From Oceanisphaera sp. (GTDB taxonomy: Bacteria; Pseudomonadota; Gammaproteobacteria; Enterobacterales; Aeromonadaceae), in NCBI GenBank assembly GCA_052106055.1, contig JBQEBI010000001.1, positions 8,019 through 72,018 of the forward strand: 64,000 nucleotides of DNA, written 5' to 3'. A program made the position numbers and the translations under genes. Every line of letters starts with the position of its first letter. Position 1 is the first letter of the stretch. Shown piece after piece: positions 10,187-24,461 of the stretch. The notes below the pieces were generated by a model. The model was not told where the DNA came from and made no database searches. It saw only the letters and a program-made list of their open reading frames with translations.

Positions 10187-12103
10187 ATGTCAGAAGCTGT
10201 ACATACTGAAACCCACGGTTTTCAAACTGAAGTGAAACAACTGCTGAATTTAATGGCGCACAGCCTATATTCAAACAAAGAAGTGTTCTTGCGTGAATTA
10301 GTGTCTAACGCGGCGGATGCGGCAGACAAGTTGCGCTTTAAAGCACTGTCTAACAGTGAGCTGTATGAAAATGAAGGTGACTTACGAGTTCGTCTTATTT
10401 TAGATGCCGACAAAAAGACCCTGACCATTTCCGATAATGGCATTGGCATGAGCCGAGACGAAGTTATTGAGCACCTGGGGACCATTGCTAAGTCAGGCAC
10501 TAAATCTTTCTTTGGTGAGCTAACTGGTGACCAAGCGAAAGACTCGCAGCTTATTGGTCAATTTGGTGTGGGCTTTTATTCCGCCTTTATTGTGGCTGAC
10601 AAAGTGACTGTATTAAGCCGCGCAGCAGGTCAGCCTGCTGATCAAGGCGTGCAGTGGGAATCTGACGGTGATGGCAGCTTTACTATTGCGGAAATTAATA
10701 AGCCAGGTCGCGGTACCGACATTATTTTGCACCTGCGTGACAGTGAGCAAGAGTTTTTAGATGACTGGCGCTTGCGCAGCATTATCGGAAAATACTCTGA
10801 CCATATTAGTGTGGCCGTAGAAATGTGGAAACAAGGCGAGCCTGAGCAAACCGATGAAGAAGGTAATGTGACGGCCGCCGCTACCGAAGGCGAGTGGGAG
10901 CAAGTGAACAAAGCCACTGCCTTGTGGACCCGTGCCAAGGGTGATATCAGCGATGAAGAGTATCAAGAGTTTTATAAGCATATCTCTCACGACTATCAAG
11001 ACGCATTAACCTGGAGCCACAATAAAGTTGAAGGCAATCAAGAGTACACCAGTCTCTTGTATGTGCCGGCCAAAGCGCCGTTTGATATGTACAACCGCGA
11101 GCAAAGCCATGGTTTGAAGTTGTATGTACAGCGTGTGTTTGTAATGGACGACGCCGAACAGTTTATGCCAACATACCTGCGGTTTGTGAAAGGGGTACTC
11201 GACTCAAACGATCTGCCGCTGAACGTGTCGCGTGAAATTTTACAAGACAACAAAATTACCAGCCAATTGCGTAAAGCTTGCAGCAAGCGTGTGTTGTCTA
11301 TGCTAGAAAAAATGGCAAAAAAAGACGACGAACAATACCTCGGCTTTTGGAACGAGTTTGGTAACGTGCTTAAAGAAGGTCCTGCCGAAGACTATGGCAA
11401 CCGCGAGCAAATTGCCGGCCTGTTACGTTTTGCCAGCACCCATAATGACAGCGATGCACAAACCGTATCGCTAGAAAACTATCTTGAGCGCATGAAAGAA
11501 GGCCAAGATAAAATTTACTACATTACTGCCGACAGCTATGCCGCTGCTAACCACAGCCCACATTTAGAAATCTTCCGCAAAAAGGGCATTGAAGTTTTGC
11601 TGATGTGGGAGCGAGTTGACGAATGGCTAATGAGCCACCTTAATGAGTTTAAAGACAAGCAGTTTGTGTCTGTGACTAAGGGTGAGCTGGATTTAGGTGA
11701 GCTGGACGACGACGAAACCAAAAAAGCCCAAGAAGAAGCCAATGAAGCTCTGGCTCCGTTATTAGAGCGAGTAAAAACGGCATTAAGCGATGACGTAAAA
11801 GAAGTGCGTTTAACGCATCGTTTAACCAATACCCCATCTTGTGTGGTGGCAGACGAGCACGATATGAGCACCCAGATGATCAAACTGATGCGCTCTGCGG
11901 GCCAACCTGTGCCTGAGCAAAAGTATATTTTAGAGCTGAACCCTGAGCATACCTTAGTGAAGAAACTCGATACGTTGGCTGAGGGTGATGACTTTAATGA
12001 ATGGTCTCAGCTGTTGCTAGAGCAGGCGCAATTAGCCGAGCAGGGTGGTTTAAAAGATCCCGCCGCGTTTGTTGCCCGCATGAACCGCTTATTGCTGAAC
12101 TAA
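10187..12103 (+). CDS. htpG: molecular chaperone HtpG (Hsp90)
   Basis: 638 aa with [34 protein letters not shown] and [11 protein letters not shown], the Hsp90 signatures. Confidence 0.97.
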   Translation: MSEAVHTETHGFQTEVKQLLNLMAHSLYSNKEVFLRELVSNAADAADKLRFKALSNSELYENEGDLRVRLILDADKKTLTISDNGIGMSRDEVIEHLGTIAKSGTKSFFGELTGDQAKDSQLIGQFGVGFYSAFIVADKVTVLSRAAGQPADQGVQWESDGDGSFTIAEINKPGRGTDIILHLRDSEQEFLDDWRLRSIIGKYSDHISVAVEMWKQGEPEQTDEEGNVTAAATEGEWEQVNKATALWTRAKGDISDEEYQEFYKHISHDYQDALTWSHNKVEGNQEYTSLLYVPAKAPFDMYNREQSHGLKLYVQRVFVMDDAEQFMPTYLRFVKGVLDSNDLPLNVSREILQDNKITSQLRKACSKRVLSMLEKMAKKDDEQYLGFWNEFGNVLKEGPAEDYGNREQIAGLLRFASTHNDSDAQTVSLENYLERMKEGQDKIYYITADSYAAANHSPHLEIFRKKGIEVLLMWERVDEWLMSHLNEFKDKQFVSVTKGELDLGELDDDETKKAQEEANEALAPLLERVKTALSDDVKEVRLTHRLTNTPSCVVADEHDMSTQMIKLMRSAGQPVPEQKYILELNPEHTLVKKLDTLAEGDDFNEWSQLLLEQAQLAEQGGLKDPAAFVARMNRLLLN

Positions 12104-12132
12104 TTTATACTAAGCAAAGTGTTAACTAAACT

Positions 12133-12157
12133 AACCCGGCCGAGTGTCGGGTTTTTT
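12133..12157 (+). terminator. terminator after htpG
   Basis: Short aacccg..cgggtt stem followed by tttttt. Confidence 0.5.
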
Positions 12158-12251
12158 GATTTTAGCCATAATAAGTGGAACTTGTTCTTGCTGTTGCTTG
12201 TCCCCATGGCGGTGTCGTGACACAATCAGTCACAAATCATGGATATATTAA

Positions 12252-12917
<666 letters not shown>

Positions 12918-12939
12918 TCGCAGCTAATAAGCCTGTATT

Positions 12940-12968
12940 AACGAGCGTCTTAGGGCGCTCGTTTTTTT
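12940..12968. terminator. bidirectional terminator between adk and ansA
   Basis: aacgagcg..cgctcgtt stem followed by ttttttt. Confidence 0.7.
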
Positions 12969-12972
12969 GTGT

Positions 12973-13992
12973 TTACTTTGGCACTTGTGTTAGCTCGCCT
13001 CGTAAGTTTTTCCCCATTTGTTCGCGCACCTGTTGTGGTGATAGATTTTTGCTAAGCAAATAATGTAGTTTGGTGAGCGCCGCCTCAGGTGTCATATCAA
13101 ATCCTGAAATAACCCCCGTGGCCGCTAGCGCTTGGCCAGGTGCATATCCTTGCATATTAACGCTGCCACGCTGGCATTGTGTTAAGTTAACGATCACGAC
13201 CCCCCTAGCTGATGCGGCCGCTAATACACTAAGCAAGTCGGGTGTTTGTGGCGCATTACCGACACCATAAGATGAGAGTAATAAAGCTTTTATAGGTTGC
13301 TCCAATAAGTGAGCAATAACATTTAAGCTGATCCCTGGATACAAAGTCACCATGCCAATGGGTTGAGGGATAATGGGACTGACTGCTAGCGGCTTACCGC
13401 TGGGGCGGCCGAGCTTTCCTGCATACACCCGAATATGAATACCGGCATTTAATAGTGGTGGAAAGTTCGGTGAGTCAAAAGCCTCAAAGCCATCGGCATG
13501 CTCTTTGCTGGCGCGATTTCCCCGATAAAGACGATGGTTAAAAAATAGCCCTACTTCATTAATAGGGTAATGGGCGGCCACATAAAGTGCATTTAATAAA
13601 TTAGGGCGACCATCTGATCTTAACTCAGTGAGTGGAATTTGTGAGCCGGTAATAATCACCGGCTTATCTAAGTCTTCTAACATAAACGATAAGGCTGACG
13701 CGGTAAACGCCATGGTGTCGGTACCGTGTAACACGACAAAACCGTCGTAATGGGCGTAGTTGGCCTGAATATCGTTAGCAATACGCTGCCAGTCGGCGGG
13801 CGTCATGTTGGCAGAGTCAATTAGGGGATTATATTCATTAAGGTGAAAGTGGGGCATCTCGGAGTCATGAAATTCTGGCATTTCAGCTAAGCGTTGCCCC
13901 ACAAATCCTGCCAAAGGCACATAGCCTTTGGCGGTTTTTTGCATACCAATAGTACCGCCGGTATAGGCGATATAAATATTCTTTTTGGCCAT
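12973..13992 (-). CDS. ansA: cytoplasmic L-asparaginase I
   Basis: MAKKNIYIAYTGGTIGM and HGTDTMA motifs; 339 aa. Adjacent to sppA, as in E. coli. Confidence 0.85.
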   Translation of the reverse strand: MAKKNIYIAYTGGTIGMQKTAKGYVPLAGFVGQRLAEMPEFHDSEMPHFHLNEYNPLIDSANMTPADWQRIANDIQANYAHYDGFVVLHGTDTMAFTASALSFMLEDLDKPVIITGSQIPLTELRSDGRPNLLNALYVAAHYPINEVGLFFNHRLYRGNRASKEHADGFEAFDSPNFPPLLNAGIHIRVYAGKLGRPSGKPLAVSPIIPQPIGMVTLYPGISLNVIAHLLEQPIKALLLSSYGVGNAPQTPDLLSVLAAASARGVVIVNLTQCQRGSVNMQGYAPGQALAATGVISGFDMTPEAALTKLHYLLSKNLSPQQVREQMGKNLRGELTQVPK

Positions 13993-14074
13993 TCACCTTA
14001 CCTCAATATTAAACACGTGTGCCTGTTTTATATTTGGGTGTTGACCGTGTCAGGCTTTCAGTTTTTACTTGTGT

Positions 14075-15913
14075 TTAAAAGCCCTGACAGGGAACACACA
14101 ATACATATCGACCTTGCGCATCATTAAACTGACTCAGCGCGGTGGCCTCTTGTGTTACCTGTTTGGCGGCTGGACGCAATACAGCAGGCAGCGCCGTCAT
14201 AAGACCATGAGAAAGCACATTGGAGTCTCCTATAAACTGAGCCAGTAGTTTTTCTTTAGCTGACCTCGGTAAGGTGATTTCTTTTACACTAAATTCACCT
14301 AAATTAGCTAATTCAGCGGCACCTGCTAGGGCATCATCCAAGTGACCTAACTCATCAACTAAGCCTAGCTCTTCAGCCATTTTACCGGTCCAAACATGAC
14401 CTTGAGCAACCTGCTCTACCTGTTCAGGGCTCATGTTTCGGCCTTGTGCTACCAAGGTGACAAATTGCTGATAAACATGCTCAACGCTCAGTTGGATCAT
14501 TTGTTTAGCATGATCTGGCAAACCTGTGGTAATACCGGCGCCAACAAAGTCGGTGGTGCCTACGCCATCGGTATTGAGCCCAAGCTTTTGCAATGCCTCT
14601 TCAAAGGTTAAAAATAAACCAAATACCCCAATAGAGCCGGTTAAGGTGGTCGGGGCGGCATAAATCTTATCAGCATCGGCGGCTATCCAATAACCACCAG
14701 AGGCTGCAGTGCTGCCCATTGACACGACCCAAGGTTTGCCGCTTTCTTTAAAGCGCAACAAGCTACTGCGAATTTGTTCTGCGGCAAAGGCACTGCCGCC
14801 GGGGCTGTCTATGCGCAGCACTAAAGAGTGGATATCGTCATCGCGTCGAGCTTGTTCTATTAACTGACTAACATGCTCGTCATTAATGCTATTAGGCGTT
14901 GTTGTATCGGCACTCATAATCGCACCGCTTGCAATAATTAATCCCACCTTAGGTGCATCGCTGGGTGGCGTTTGCACATGGCTTAGGTAAGTGGGAATGT
15001 TCACGCTCATATAGTGATTGGATTGATGGTTCCAACCTACTTGCTCTGCGACTGTGCTTTGCATTTGATGACGATTGGCCAGAGTATCAACTAACCCTTG
15101 CTCTAGGGCGTAGCGTGCAGGGTGACCATTAACTGCGGCAAAACGACTAAGCAGCTGCTCTTTGCTAGGGCTAATATGATCGGTGGGAATATTTCTTAAT
15201 GTGGCGACATTATCTTGGTAATGCTGCCAAAGTTGACCTAACCACAGTTGCGTATCTTGGCGGCTCTCGTTAGACATATCATTGCGCAAATAGGGTTCGA
15301 CAAAGGATTTATAGGTGCCCACTCTAAAGACATGAGGCGTAATATTAAAACGCTCAAAGGCGGCTTTATAATGTAGACGATAGACGCCCAACCCCTGCAG
15401 TGTCACGCCACCGGCTGGGTTTAATAATATATGATCTGCGTGTGCAGCTAAGTAATATTGTCCTTGGCTGTAATAATCGCCAAGGGCATAGACGGGCTTG
15501 CCCGAGCGTTTAAACTGCTCAATGGCATTACCTACTTCATCTAACTTAGTGAGGCTCGACTCACTCATATTTTGTAGTTCTAATACCAGAGCATCAATAC
15601 GCGGATCGTTGCGTGCATAGTCTAGCGCCTCTTTTATTTGACTCATGGTCATGGGTGCCGGTGTTTGACTGTCACTGAGCCATTTTTCTAATAATTGTTG
15701 TGGGTTAGCTGTCGCTTCTTGCTCCAGTAGAGGGCCTGCTATGGTGAGGGTGAGGGCTGCCTTTTCGGGGAGTGTCACAGTGTCATCTTTACCACTAAAA
15801 ATAAGCACTGAAAATGCCAAAATAGCTAATAAGAACAGCGCTGTAATCAATAGGCGAATTGCATTGAGTACTTTAGCAATACCACGAAACAAGGCTTTTA
15901 TAACAGACCACAT
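14075..15913 (-). CDS. sppA: signal peptide peptidase SppA (protease IV, 67K type)
   Basis: 612 aa. N-terminal TM segment and duplicated ClpP/crotonase-like S49 domains (SPGGSAFAAE, GSTAASGGYW). Confidence 0.9.
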   Translation of the reverse strand: MWSVIKALFRGIAKVLNAIRLLITALFLLAILAFSVLIFSGKDDTVTLPEKAALTLTIAGPLLEQEATANPQQLLEKWLSDSQTPAPMTMSQIKEALDYARNDPRIDALVLELQNMSESSLTKLDEVGNAIEQFKRSGKPVYALGDYYSQGQYYLAAHADHILLNPAGGVTLQGLGVYRLHYKAAFERFNITPHVFRVGTYKSFVEPYLRNDMSNESRQDTQLWLGQLWQHYQDNVATLRNIPTDHISPSKEQLLSRFAAVNGHPARYALEQGLVDTLANRHQMQSTVAEQVGWNHQSNHYMSVNIPTYLSHVQTPPSDAPKVGLIIASGAIMSADTTTPNSINDEHVSQLIEQARRDDDIHSLVLRIDSPGGSAFAAEQIRSSLLRFKESGKPWVVSMGSTAASGGYWIAADADKIYAAPTTLTGSIGVFGLFLTFEEALQKLGLNTDGVGTTDFVGAGITTGLPDHAKQMIQLSVEHVYQQFVTLVAQGRNMSPEQVEQVAQGHVWTGKMAEELGLVDELGHLDDALAGAAELANLGEFSVKEITLPRSAKEKLLAQFIGDSNVLSHGLMTALPAVLRPAAKQVTQEATALSQFNDAQGRYVLCVPCQGF

Positions 15914-16030
15914 AGATTTGCCTTAAACGAAATAATTATTGAAGTGCTCTATTATGACGACACTATTAGTACAATGCCAAACTAAAACGCATTTAAACGA
16001 TTGTTTGAAATTGCGATAGCGATGAACTAG

Positions 16031-18079
<2,049 letters not shown>

Positions 18080-18230
18080 ACCCTGTAGGCGAAGTTCCCC
18101 ACTGTGTTGGCTGCAAATGGAAAAACAAGCACCGACATTTAGCGTGGCGCTGAGTGCTTATGGCCGCCCGAAGGGCTTGGTGTTATGGTGTTCCCATATT
18201 TAACGTTGCCCAATAGTAAAGGTATAACAC

Positions 18231-18785
18231 ATGGATGCATTAGAACTGTTATTAAATCGTCACTCTAATCCGCGTTTGATTGAGCCGGCACCAAGTGCAG
18301 AACAGCTAGACACAGTTTTTAAAGCGGGGCTGCGTGCGCCAGATCATGGTGCATTAACCCCGTGGGAATTTGTTGTTTTTGAAGGTGAACAACGCCAACA
18401 GCTGGGCGATATTTTTGCCCAAGCAGCTCAAGCCAATGGAAAAGACGCTGAAACCATAGAAAAAGCGCGCAATGCTCCGCTGCGTGCCCCCATGGTGATT
18501 ACAGTGGTAGCTAAGGTGAAAGAGCACAACAATGTGCCGCGCTTAGAGCAAGAAATTTCTGCAGGTTGTGCGTTAATGGCCATGCAAATGGCGTCATTAG
18601 CCTTAGGTTTTAATGGTATTTGGCGTACGGGTTGGTTTTCATTTGATCGCGGTGTGCACCAGGCGCTATCGTTAGCAGAAACGGATCAAATTGTTGGGTT
18701 TTTATACCTAGGCACTGCACAAGTAGAGGTGCGTAAGCTGCCCGAGCGCGATCCTGCTCAGTTTGTACGTTATTTCGGGAAGTAA
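18231..18785 (+). CDS. NAD(P)H nitroreductase, YdjA-like
   Basis: 184-aa nitroreductase fold (LLNRHSNPRL..PDHGALTPWEF). Same neighbourhood as E. coli ydjA-sppA-ansA. Confidence 0.7.
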   Translation: MDALELLLNRHSNPRLIEPAPSAEQLDTVFKAGLRAPDHGALTPWEFVVFEGEQRQQLGDIFAQAAQANGKDAETIEKARNAPLRAPMVITVVAKVKEHNNVPRLEQEISAGCALMAMQMASLALGFNGIWRTGWFSFDRGVHQALSLAETDQIVGFLYLGTAQVEVRKLPERDPAQFVRYFGK

Positions 18786-18908
18786 TTAGCAGGCGCCCAG
18801 CGACATGAATAGACTATGTTTTGTTTCACTGGGCGTTTAGTTCTTTGCAAAGTGGAGGTTTGCCAGCCTGTTGCTTTAGAGTTGCATATAACCAGAACTG
18901 TCATGTAC

Positions 18909-19661
18909 TTATGGTTTAGTGTTATGTAGCTCTCTATCATCCCAATAGATAAATGCCCACGCGCCTAATGTGCCGAAAAATACCCCTAATACACTGCTTG
19001 CCAAAATATCGGCAGGCCAATGTAGGCCTAATAATAACCGTGAATAACACACTGCGACCGCCCACACGCTTACCCCACCAATGAGCCAAGCTGAACGTCG
19101 ACGATAGAGTAATAACAAACAATAAAAGCTGGCGATAGTCATAGCAGCAATAGAGTGACCCGAAGGAAAAGAATAACTCACTTCATCTTGCCAATGATGC
19201 TTTAGCCAATTAGGAACTTGTTGATCTGACATATCTTTAACGCCATTTTCTACCCAGCGTTCTCGTATTAATGGCAGTTGCGCATAAAAATGAGCACTGT
19301 CAGTTAATCGTCCTTTTTCAGCTAACCAAAGCACATAAGGGCGAGGCTCTTTAAAATATTCTTTAGCAATGCTTTTAGTTACAAACGCACTGCCAAGCGC
19401 TCCCATTAAACAAAAGAAAAATACCACCCATTGCCCCGATCGACGACGCCATCGAAGTAAGGCTAATAAACTTAATGATACTAAAGTTAAGGCAATGCCT
19501 AATTTGCTAATCGTTAAAGTAAGGCCATAAGCCAATAAGGCAGGGACTTCATCTAAATCAAGCAGCGGAAACCAATGCCATTGCCACTGGTAGCCTAAAC
19601 TGGCTATGGTGACAGGAAAAACCAGTAACACGAATACAGTAAATAAGAGTCGAAAGGTCAT
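18909..19661 (-). CDS. PAP2-family phosphatase (PgpB-like)
   Basis: Membrane protein carrying the three PAP2 motifs KEPRPY, PSGHS and SRLLLGLHWPAD. Confidence 0.7.
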   Translation of the reverse strand: MTFRLLFTVFVLLVFPVTIASLGYQWQWHWFPLLDLDEVPALLAYGLTLTISKLGIALTLVSLSLLALLRWRRRSGQWVVFFFCLMGALGSAFVTKSIAKEYFKEPRPYVLWLAEKGRLTDSAHFYAQLPLIRERWVENGVKDMSDQQVPNWLKHHWQDEVSYSFPSGHSIAAMTIASFYCLLLLYRRRSAWLIGGVSVWAVAVCYSRLLLGLHWPADILASSVLGVFFGTLGAWAFIYWDDRELHNTKP

Positions 19662-19892
19662 GAGTTGTTAGGCCAAAAAAGAATGTAATTAAGCAAAATA
19701 ATAGAAGCGGGCGCGATTGTAGCAAAGCAGGCGGTGAATGATAGCTGAAGCGTGTCGTTGCAAAGGGTATAGTAATCAACAGACTGATTATTTAATGCAA
19801 AGGCTACCGTCAATTTGCCCTGACACAAAAAAACGGAGTGTGCTTTTATATAGGGTGAACTGTGTATAATAAGGCCTAATTAGGGAGTATTC

Positions 19893-21008
19893 ATGAAGTT
19901 GTTAGCCGATGAAAATATGCCTTATGTGCAAGCGCTATTTGGTGATTGGGCAGAGGTCACCACCTTTGCTGGGAGAAACATAACACCAGAGCAATTGCGA
20001 GAGGTAGAAGTGTTGTTAGTGCGCTCTATTACTCAAGTTAACGCGGCATTACTGGCGCAAGCACCGCATTTGCGTTTTGTTGGTACCGCAACCATTGGCT
20101 GTGATCACATTGATACCGAATTATTAGCAGAGCGCAATATTGCTTTTGCCAGCGCCCCTGGCTGCAATAAAGTTGCGGTAGGTGACTATGTATTAGCCGC
20201 CTTATTGGCCGTTGCAGAGCATAAGCATTGGCAGCTAAAAGGTCGCACTATTGCCGTGGTTGGGGTGGGTAATACCGGCTCACAAGTGGTGGCGCGTGCT
20301 CACGCACTGGGCATGAAAGTGTTATTGTGCGACCCAATTAAAGCGCAACAGAGCCCGAGTGATTTTGTTGAGTTATCACAGGCTTTAACTGCAGATATTA
20401 TTAGTTTTCATGTGCCCATCACTCATGACGGTGCGTACCCAACGTGGCACTTATTAGATGAAAGCGCCATTAATACGCTGCACGGTGATCAGGTTTTGAT
20501 TAATGCCTGTCGTGGTGAAGTATGGGACAACCAAGCTTTATTACACCGTCAACAAACCGAGAATCCGGTTACCTTAGTCATGGACGTGTGGGAGCATGAA
20601 CCTGAGGTGTTATTGCCATTAGTTGCCCATACGCTGTTGGCCACCCCACATATTGCCGGCTATAGCCTAGAGGGTAAGGCGCGGGGGACATTTGCGCTCT
20701 ATCAGGCAGTAAAAGCACACAAGGGCCAAGCTGTGATGAACGATGTGGAGCAGTTGTTACCCATACCGGCGATAACAGGCCTCACCTTAGCTGGCGAGTG
20801 TGACCAAGCTTTACTCACGCGTTTAGTGCGCTTAGTGTACGACATTAAAGCTGACGATTGGGCCTTTCGTGCAAAGCTTGGGCAGCCCGGTTTTTTTGAC
20901 CAGTTACGCAAACAATATCCCCAGCGGCGAGAATTAGGGTCATTAGCAGTGGAAAGCTCTCACATAGACGTGCAAAATACGCTGTATGCGCTGGGCTTTA
21001 AAGTTTAA
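19893..21008 (+). CDS. pdxB: erythronate-4-phosphate dehydrogenase PdxB
   Basis: MKLLADENMPYV start, GVGNTG NAD site, 371 aa. Confidence 0.9.
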   Translation: MKLLADENMPYVQALFGDWAEVTTFAGRNITPEQLREVEVLLVRSITQVNAALLAQAPHLRFVGTATIGCDHIDTELLAERNIAFASAPGCNKVAVGDYVLAALLAVAEHKHWQLKGRTIAVVGVGNTGSQVVARAHALGMKVLLCDPIKAQQSPSDFVELSQALTADIISFHVPITHDGAYPTWHLLDESAINTLHGDQVLINACRGEVWDNQALLHRQQTENPVTLVMDVWEHEPEVLLPLVAHTLLATPHIAGYSLEGKARGTFALYQAVKAHKGQAVMNDVEQLLPIPAITGLTLAGECDQALLTRLVRLVYDIKADDWAFRAKLGQPGFFDQLRKQYPQRRELGSLAVESSHIDVQNTLYALGFKV

Positions 21009-21156
21009 TGCCATATTGTCGATATGGTACTGTTTGCTGCCACATGGCAAGCTAGGTTTCTATTGGCGCTTTTTTACACTACGGCCATTTTATGGCAGGC
21101 ATGAACGTGAGCCGTGCTAATGGGGCGGCACAACGTCAGGAAAAGGATATAAAAAC

Positions 21157-23328
21157 GTGATAAAACGACTCAAACCCTATCTTGGTGTTGGTTTGGCTTT
21201 ATGGCTAGGCTGTGGGGCTATGGTAGCCGCGCAGGATAATTTTTATATTGAGCTGCGCGGCCCTGAATCATCAGACTCAAAACAGCTAGTGCCCCCAGCA
21301 CAAAATACATCCAACGATTCGCCGCTCACAGCCCCCACTGCCACTCAAACACCTCAACCTTCAACGACCAGTGCAGCGCCTCCCCCTGCCATGTCGCCTG
21401 GGCGTTATGGGCCTATTCGTAGTACCGATACTTTGTGGGCCATTGCCGCACGTAACACCACAGCCCCCACGACAGTGCAACAAACCATGGTGGCGTTATA
21501 TCACCTTAATTCGCAGGCGTTTGTGCGTGGCAATATCAACCACCTACAACGAGGTGCTCAATTACGTTTACCCACACAAACGCAAGCGACACAACGCTCT
21601 GCAAGTGAGGCAGAAAGAGAGTTTCGCCAGTTAAGTCGTCAAGGTTCTCGTAATGTGACTCGTGCTGCCCAGACTAATGCGCCAACCACGCCTGCTCCTC
21701 AAGCGACGGCGCCTAAGCCTGAAGTTAAGTCTACAGAAACATCCACCCAGCAAGCTGAGCCATCAACAACCAAGGGCGCAACTCCCCCCAAGGCCCCCCA
21801 AAAAGTCGCTGAGCCCGTGGTACCTTCTGCTCCTGTAGCGGCGGCTCCGCCAAGTACTGATAACGCCACCGGGCTCAGTGAACCTAAAGCAGCTACCCCT
21901 GTTGAAAGTAAGACGGCTGACAGTCCAATAAGTCCTGCGCAATCAGAAGAAACGGCACTTAATCGATTACAGTTACAATTAATGGATGAGCTGCGCGAGC
22001 AGGTGTCGATGTCAAATGAGCAATTAGCTGCGTTGGCCGACAATAATCAAGCGTTACGTCAGCGATTGACGCAGCTAACTGCGGAAGTAGAACAATTAAA
22101 GAACGGGCGCAGTACTTCAGAGCAAGGGGCAGAACCTTTTTCTGCGGATGAAAAGCCAGTCGCAGAAGAAGGCTGGCTGAAAGACTTGTTGAATAACCCC
22201 ATTAATTTAGCGCTTATTTTAATGCTACCTGCGCTCTTGTTGTTGGCATTATTTACCTTGTGGTGGCGTAACCGAGAACGCCGAGACTTAGCTGAACAAG
22301 AGCAAGAGCTCTCTGAGTCTAGCGCTATATTAGAAGAAGAAAATAATGATTTTGAAGACTTGTTTAGTAGCGAGACCGATGAAGAATTAGATCCCATGTT
22401 GGGGGAGATACCCAATGAGCTTGAATTAGCGCCAGAAGACGATCCTGAAGAAGATGTAGACGAAGATGCGTTTGCTCGTTTCTTAGAAGAGCAACAATTG
22501 CAAGAAGAGCAAGAAAATCAGCAAGCGTCAGAAGAGGGTGAACAACAAGCGCCTGACTCAGACCCCTTATTTGAAGATGTAGAAGAAGGTGCGCAAGCTG
22601 CGTCATCTGACTCACAGATTGAGGACGCAGATGAAGTCTTAATCGATGACACAACGTCGTCAGACGCGGACAATGAGCAGCCCATGTCCAATGACGATCT
22701 TGATGATATATTTGCTTCTGCCGAGTCTGCATCAGCTATCGACTCGCCAGAGGCACCGACGGACACTGAGAATGTTGCTGATATTGATCTTGAATCAGTG
22801 GCAGAAAAAGCAGACTCAGTAACAGAGGAACCGTTATCGAGTGATACTGAAACTGCAGTGGAAGACGAGCGTGATAATGACACCGCAGAAACGTTGGCAG
22901 ACAGTCTTTTTGCTGATGGCGCGCCTGCTGCAGCGCTAGATGACAGTGAGTCTTTTGCTCCCCCTGTTACAGAAACCGCTGCAGTTGATGAATTACTGGC
23001 AGATGAGTCGAGTGCTAAAGATGATTATGTCTCAGTAGAGCAGCTTATGGATGAAGCAGAAGCGGCAGACGGCGTGACTGCAGAAAGAGAACGTAAACTT
23101 GACCTTGAGTTAGATGATTACGCCGATGTGATTGGTCAAGGAGAGGGCGTGGACATTGATGCCGATGAAGGTGGCATTGGTGCTCAGCTAGATTTAGCCC
23201 GTGCATATATTGAAATAGACGACATAGACAGTGCCCGAGATTTACTAAATGAAGCGCTTGAACAAGGTAATGAAGCACAGCAGCGTGATGCTAGTAAACT
23301 CTTACAGCGGCTTGATAAACGCGGCTAA
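21157..23328 (+). CDS. fimV: FimV/HubP-family polar scaffold protein (LysM-like domain, TM segment, acidic repeats, FimV C-terminal motif)
   Basis: Signal/TM start, LysM-like RSTDTLWAIAAR..LRLP, central TM segment LALILMLPALLLLALFTLWW, long D/E-rich tail, and terminal LDLARAYIEIDDIDSARDLLNEAL. Located upstream of truA as in other gammaproteobacteria. GTG start. Confidence 0.75.
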   Translation: MIKRLKPYLGVGLALWLGCGAMVAAQDNFYIELRGPESSDSKQLVPPAQNTSNDSPLTAPTATQTPQPSTTSAAPPPAMSPGRYGPIRSTDTLWAIAARNTTAPTTVQQTMVALYHLNSQAFVRGNINHLQRGAQLRLPTQTQATQRSASEAEREFRQLSRQGSRNVTRAAQTNAPTTPAPQATAPKPEVKSTETSTQQAEPSTTKGATPPKAPQKVAEPVVPSAPVAAAPPSTDNATGLSEPKAATPVESKTADSPISPAQSEETALNRLQLQLMDELREQVSMSNEQLAALADNNQALRQRLTQLTAEVEQLKNGRSTSEQGAEPFSADEKPVAEEGWLKDLLNNPINLALILMLPALLLLALFTLWWRNRERRDLAEQEQELSESSAILEEENNDFEDLFSSETDEELDPMLGEIPNELELAPEDDPEEDVDEDAFARFLEEQQLQEEQENQQASEEGEQQAPDSDPLFEDVEEGAQAASSDSQIEDADEVLIDDTTSSDADNEQPMSNDDLDDIFASAESASAIDSPEAPTDTENVADIDLESVAEKADSVTEEPLSSDTETAVEDERDNDTAETLADSLFADGAPAAALDDSESFAPPVTETAAVDELLADESSAKDDYVSVEQLMDEAEAADGVTAERERKLDLELDDYADVIGQGEGVDIDADEGGIGAQLDLARAYIEIDDIDSARDLLNEALEQGNEAQQRDASKLLQRLDKRG

Positions 23329-23370
23329 TATGCGCTAAGTGAACAGTAAATATCAATACATCACCTAAAC

Positions 23371-23398
23371 GCCGGCCTCTTAATGAGGCCGGTTCTTT
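23371..23398 (+). terminator. terminator after fimV
   Basis: ccggcctc-ttaat-gaggccgg stem followed by a T-rich tail. Confidence 0.6.
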
Positions 23399-23455
23399 AA
23401 TTTAGTGCGGTAACGAGTATAATTGCCGTCTTTATTCGCCTCGTGGAATTAATTT

Positions 23456-24268
23456 ATGCGCATTGCTCTTGGCATCGAGTATGACGGCAGTCAGTATTAT
23501 GGCTGGCAACGGCAACGAGAAGTGCCCAGCGTACAAGCTGAGATAGAAAAAGCCGTCTCACATATTGCCAATCAATCAATTACGGTACAGTGTGCTGGGC
23601 GCACCGATGCTGGCGTACACGGCACCGGTCAAGTAGTGCATTTTGACACTGACGCTGTTCGCCAACTCAGTGCGTGGACCTTAGGCATGAATGCCAACTT
23701 ACCTAACGACATCGCCATACGTTGGGCAAAAAATACCCGCGATGACTTTCATGCACGCTTTAGTGCCACAGCACGGCGCTACCGTTATATTATATTTAAT
23801 CATAAAATGCGGCCCGCTATTAATGCCAGTGGTGTCAGTCATTATGTTGGTGAGCTTGACGCAGAAAAAATGCACCAAGCAGGGCAGTGCCTACTAGGGG
23901 ATAATGACTTTACCTCATTTCGTGCGATGCAATGTCAGTCTCATAGCCCCCATCGCCATATTTTACATTTAAATGTTGCGCGTTACGGTCATTATGTGGT
24001 GTTAGATATAAAAGCGAATGCCTTTGTGCATCACATGGTGCGTAACATTGCAGGCAGTTTGATTAAAGTGGGGCTGGGTGAAAAGAGCATAGGCTGGATA
24101 AAAGAGGTACTGGCTGCTCGTGATCGTCGCGTCGCGGGCCCTACGGCTAAAGCCGGCGGACTGTACTTAGTGACTGTCGATTATCCTGAGGTTTTTGCTT
24201 TACCTACCACCATACCGGGCCCTTTGTGGTTGCCAGATAATTTACGCGGCACTCACAGCGAGAGTTAA
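23456..24268 (+). CDS. truA: tRNA pseudouridine(38-40) synthase TruA
   Basis: [20 protein letters not shown] and GRTDAGVHG catalytic motif. Confidence 0.95.
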   Translation: MRIALGIEYDGSQYYGWQRQREVPSVQAEIEKAVSHIANQSITVQCAGRTDAGVHGTGQVVHFDTDAVRQLSAWTLGMNANLPNDIAIRWAKNTRDDFHARFSATARRYRYIIFNHKMRPAINASGVSHYVGELDAEKMHQAGQCLLGDNDFTSFRAMQCQSHSPHRHILHLNVARYGHYVVLDIKANAFVHHMVRNIAGSLIKVGLGEKSIGWIKEVLAARDRRVAGPTAKAGGLYLVTVDYPEVFALPTTIPGPLWLPDNLRGTHSES

Positions 24269-24461
24269 CCCATAATTTTTATCAACGAATAGGCTGAACT
24301 ATGCTTTAATGCTCGTCATATTGTCGAACAAGATGATTGGGGTCTTGCCTAATAAGGCGTCCTTGAATCAGTAGGGCAGTCAGTTTATTTTCGATGCAAT
24401 TATTTTGCGAAACCCGCAGCATATCAGCTGCAACAACGATGCAATTACGCTAAGGATTTCC

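Noticed and set aside
21371-23278. Many alternative-frame and antisense ORFs within fimV/hubP (e.g. 21699-22043, 22059-22415, 22364-22732, 22518-22883)
   Set aside because: The low-complexity acidic and Pro/Ala-rich coding sequence keeps other frames open. The sense frame has clear FimV features.
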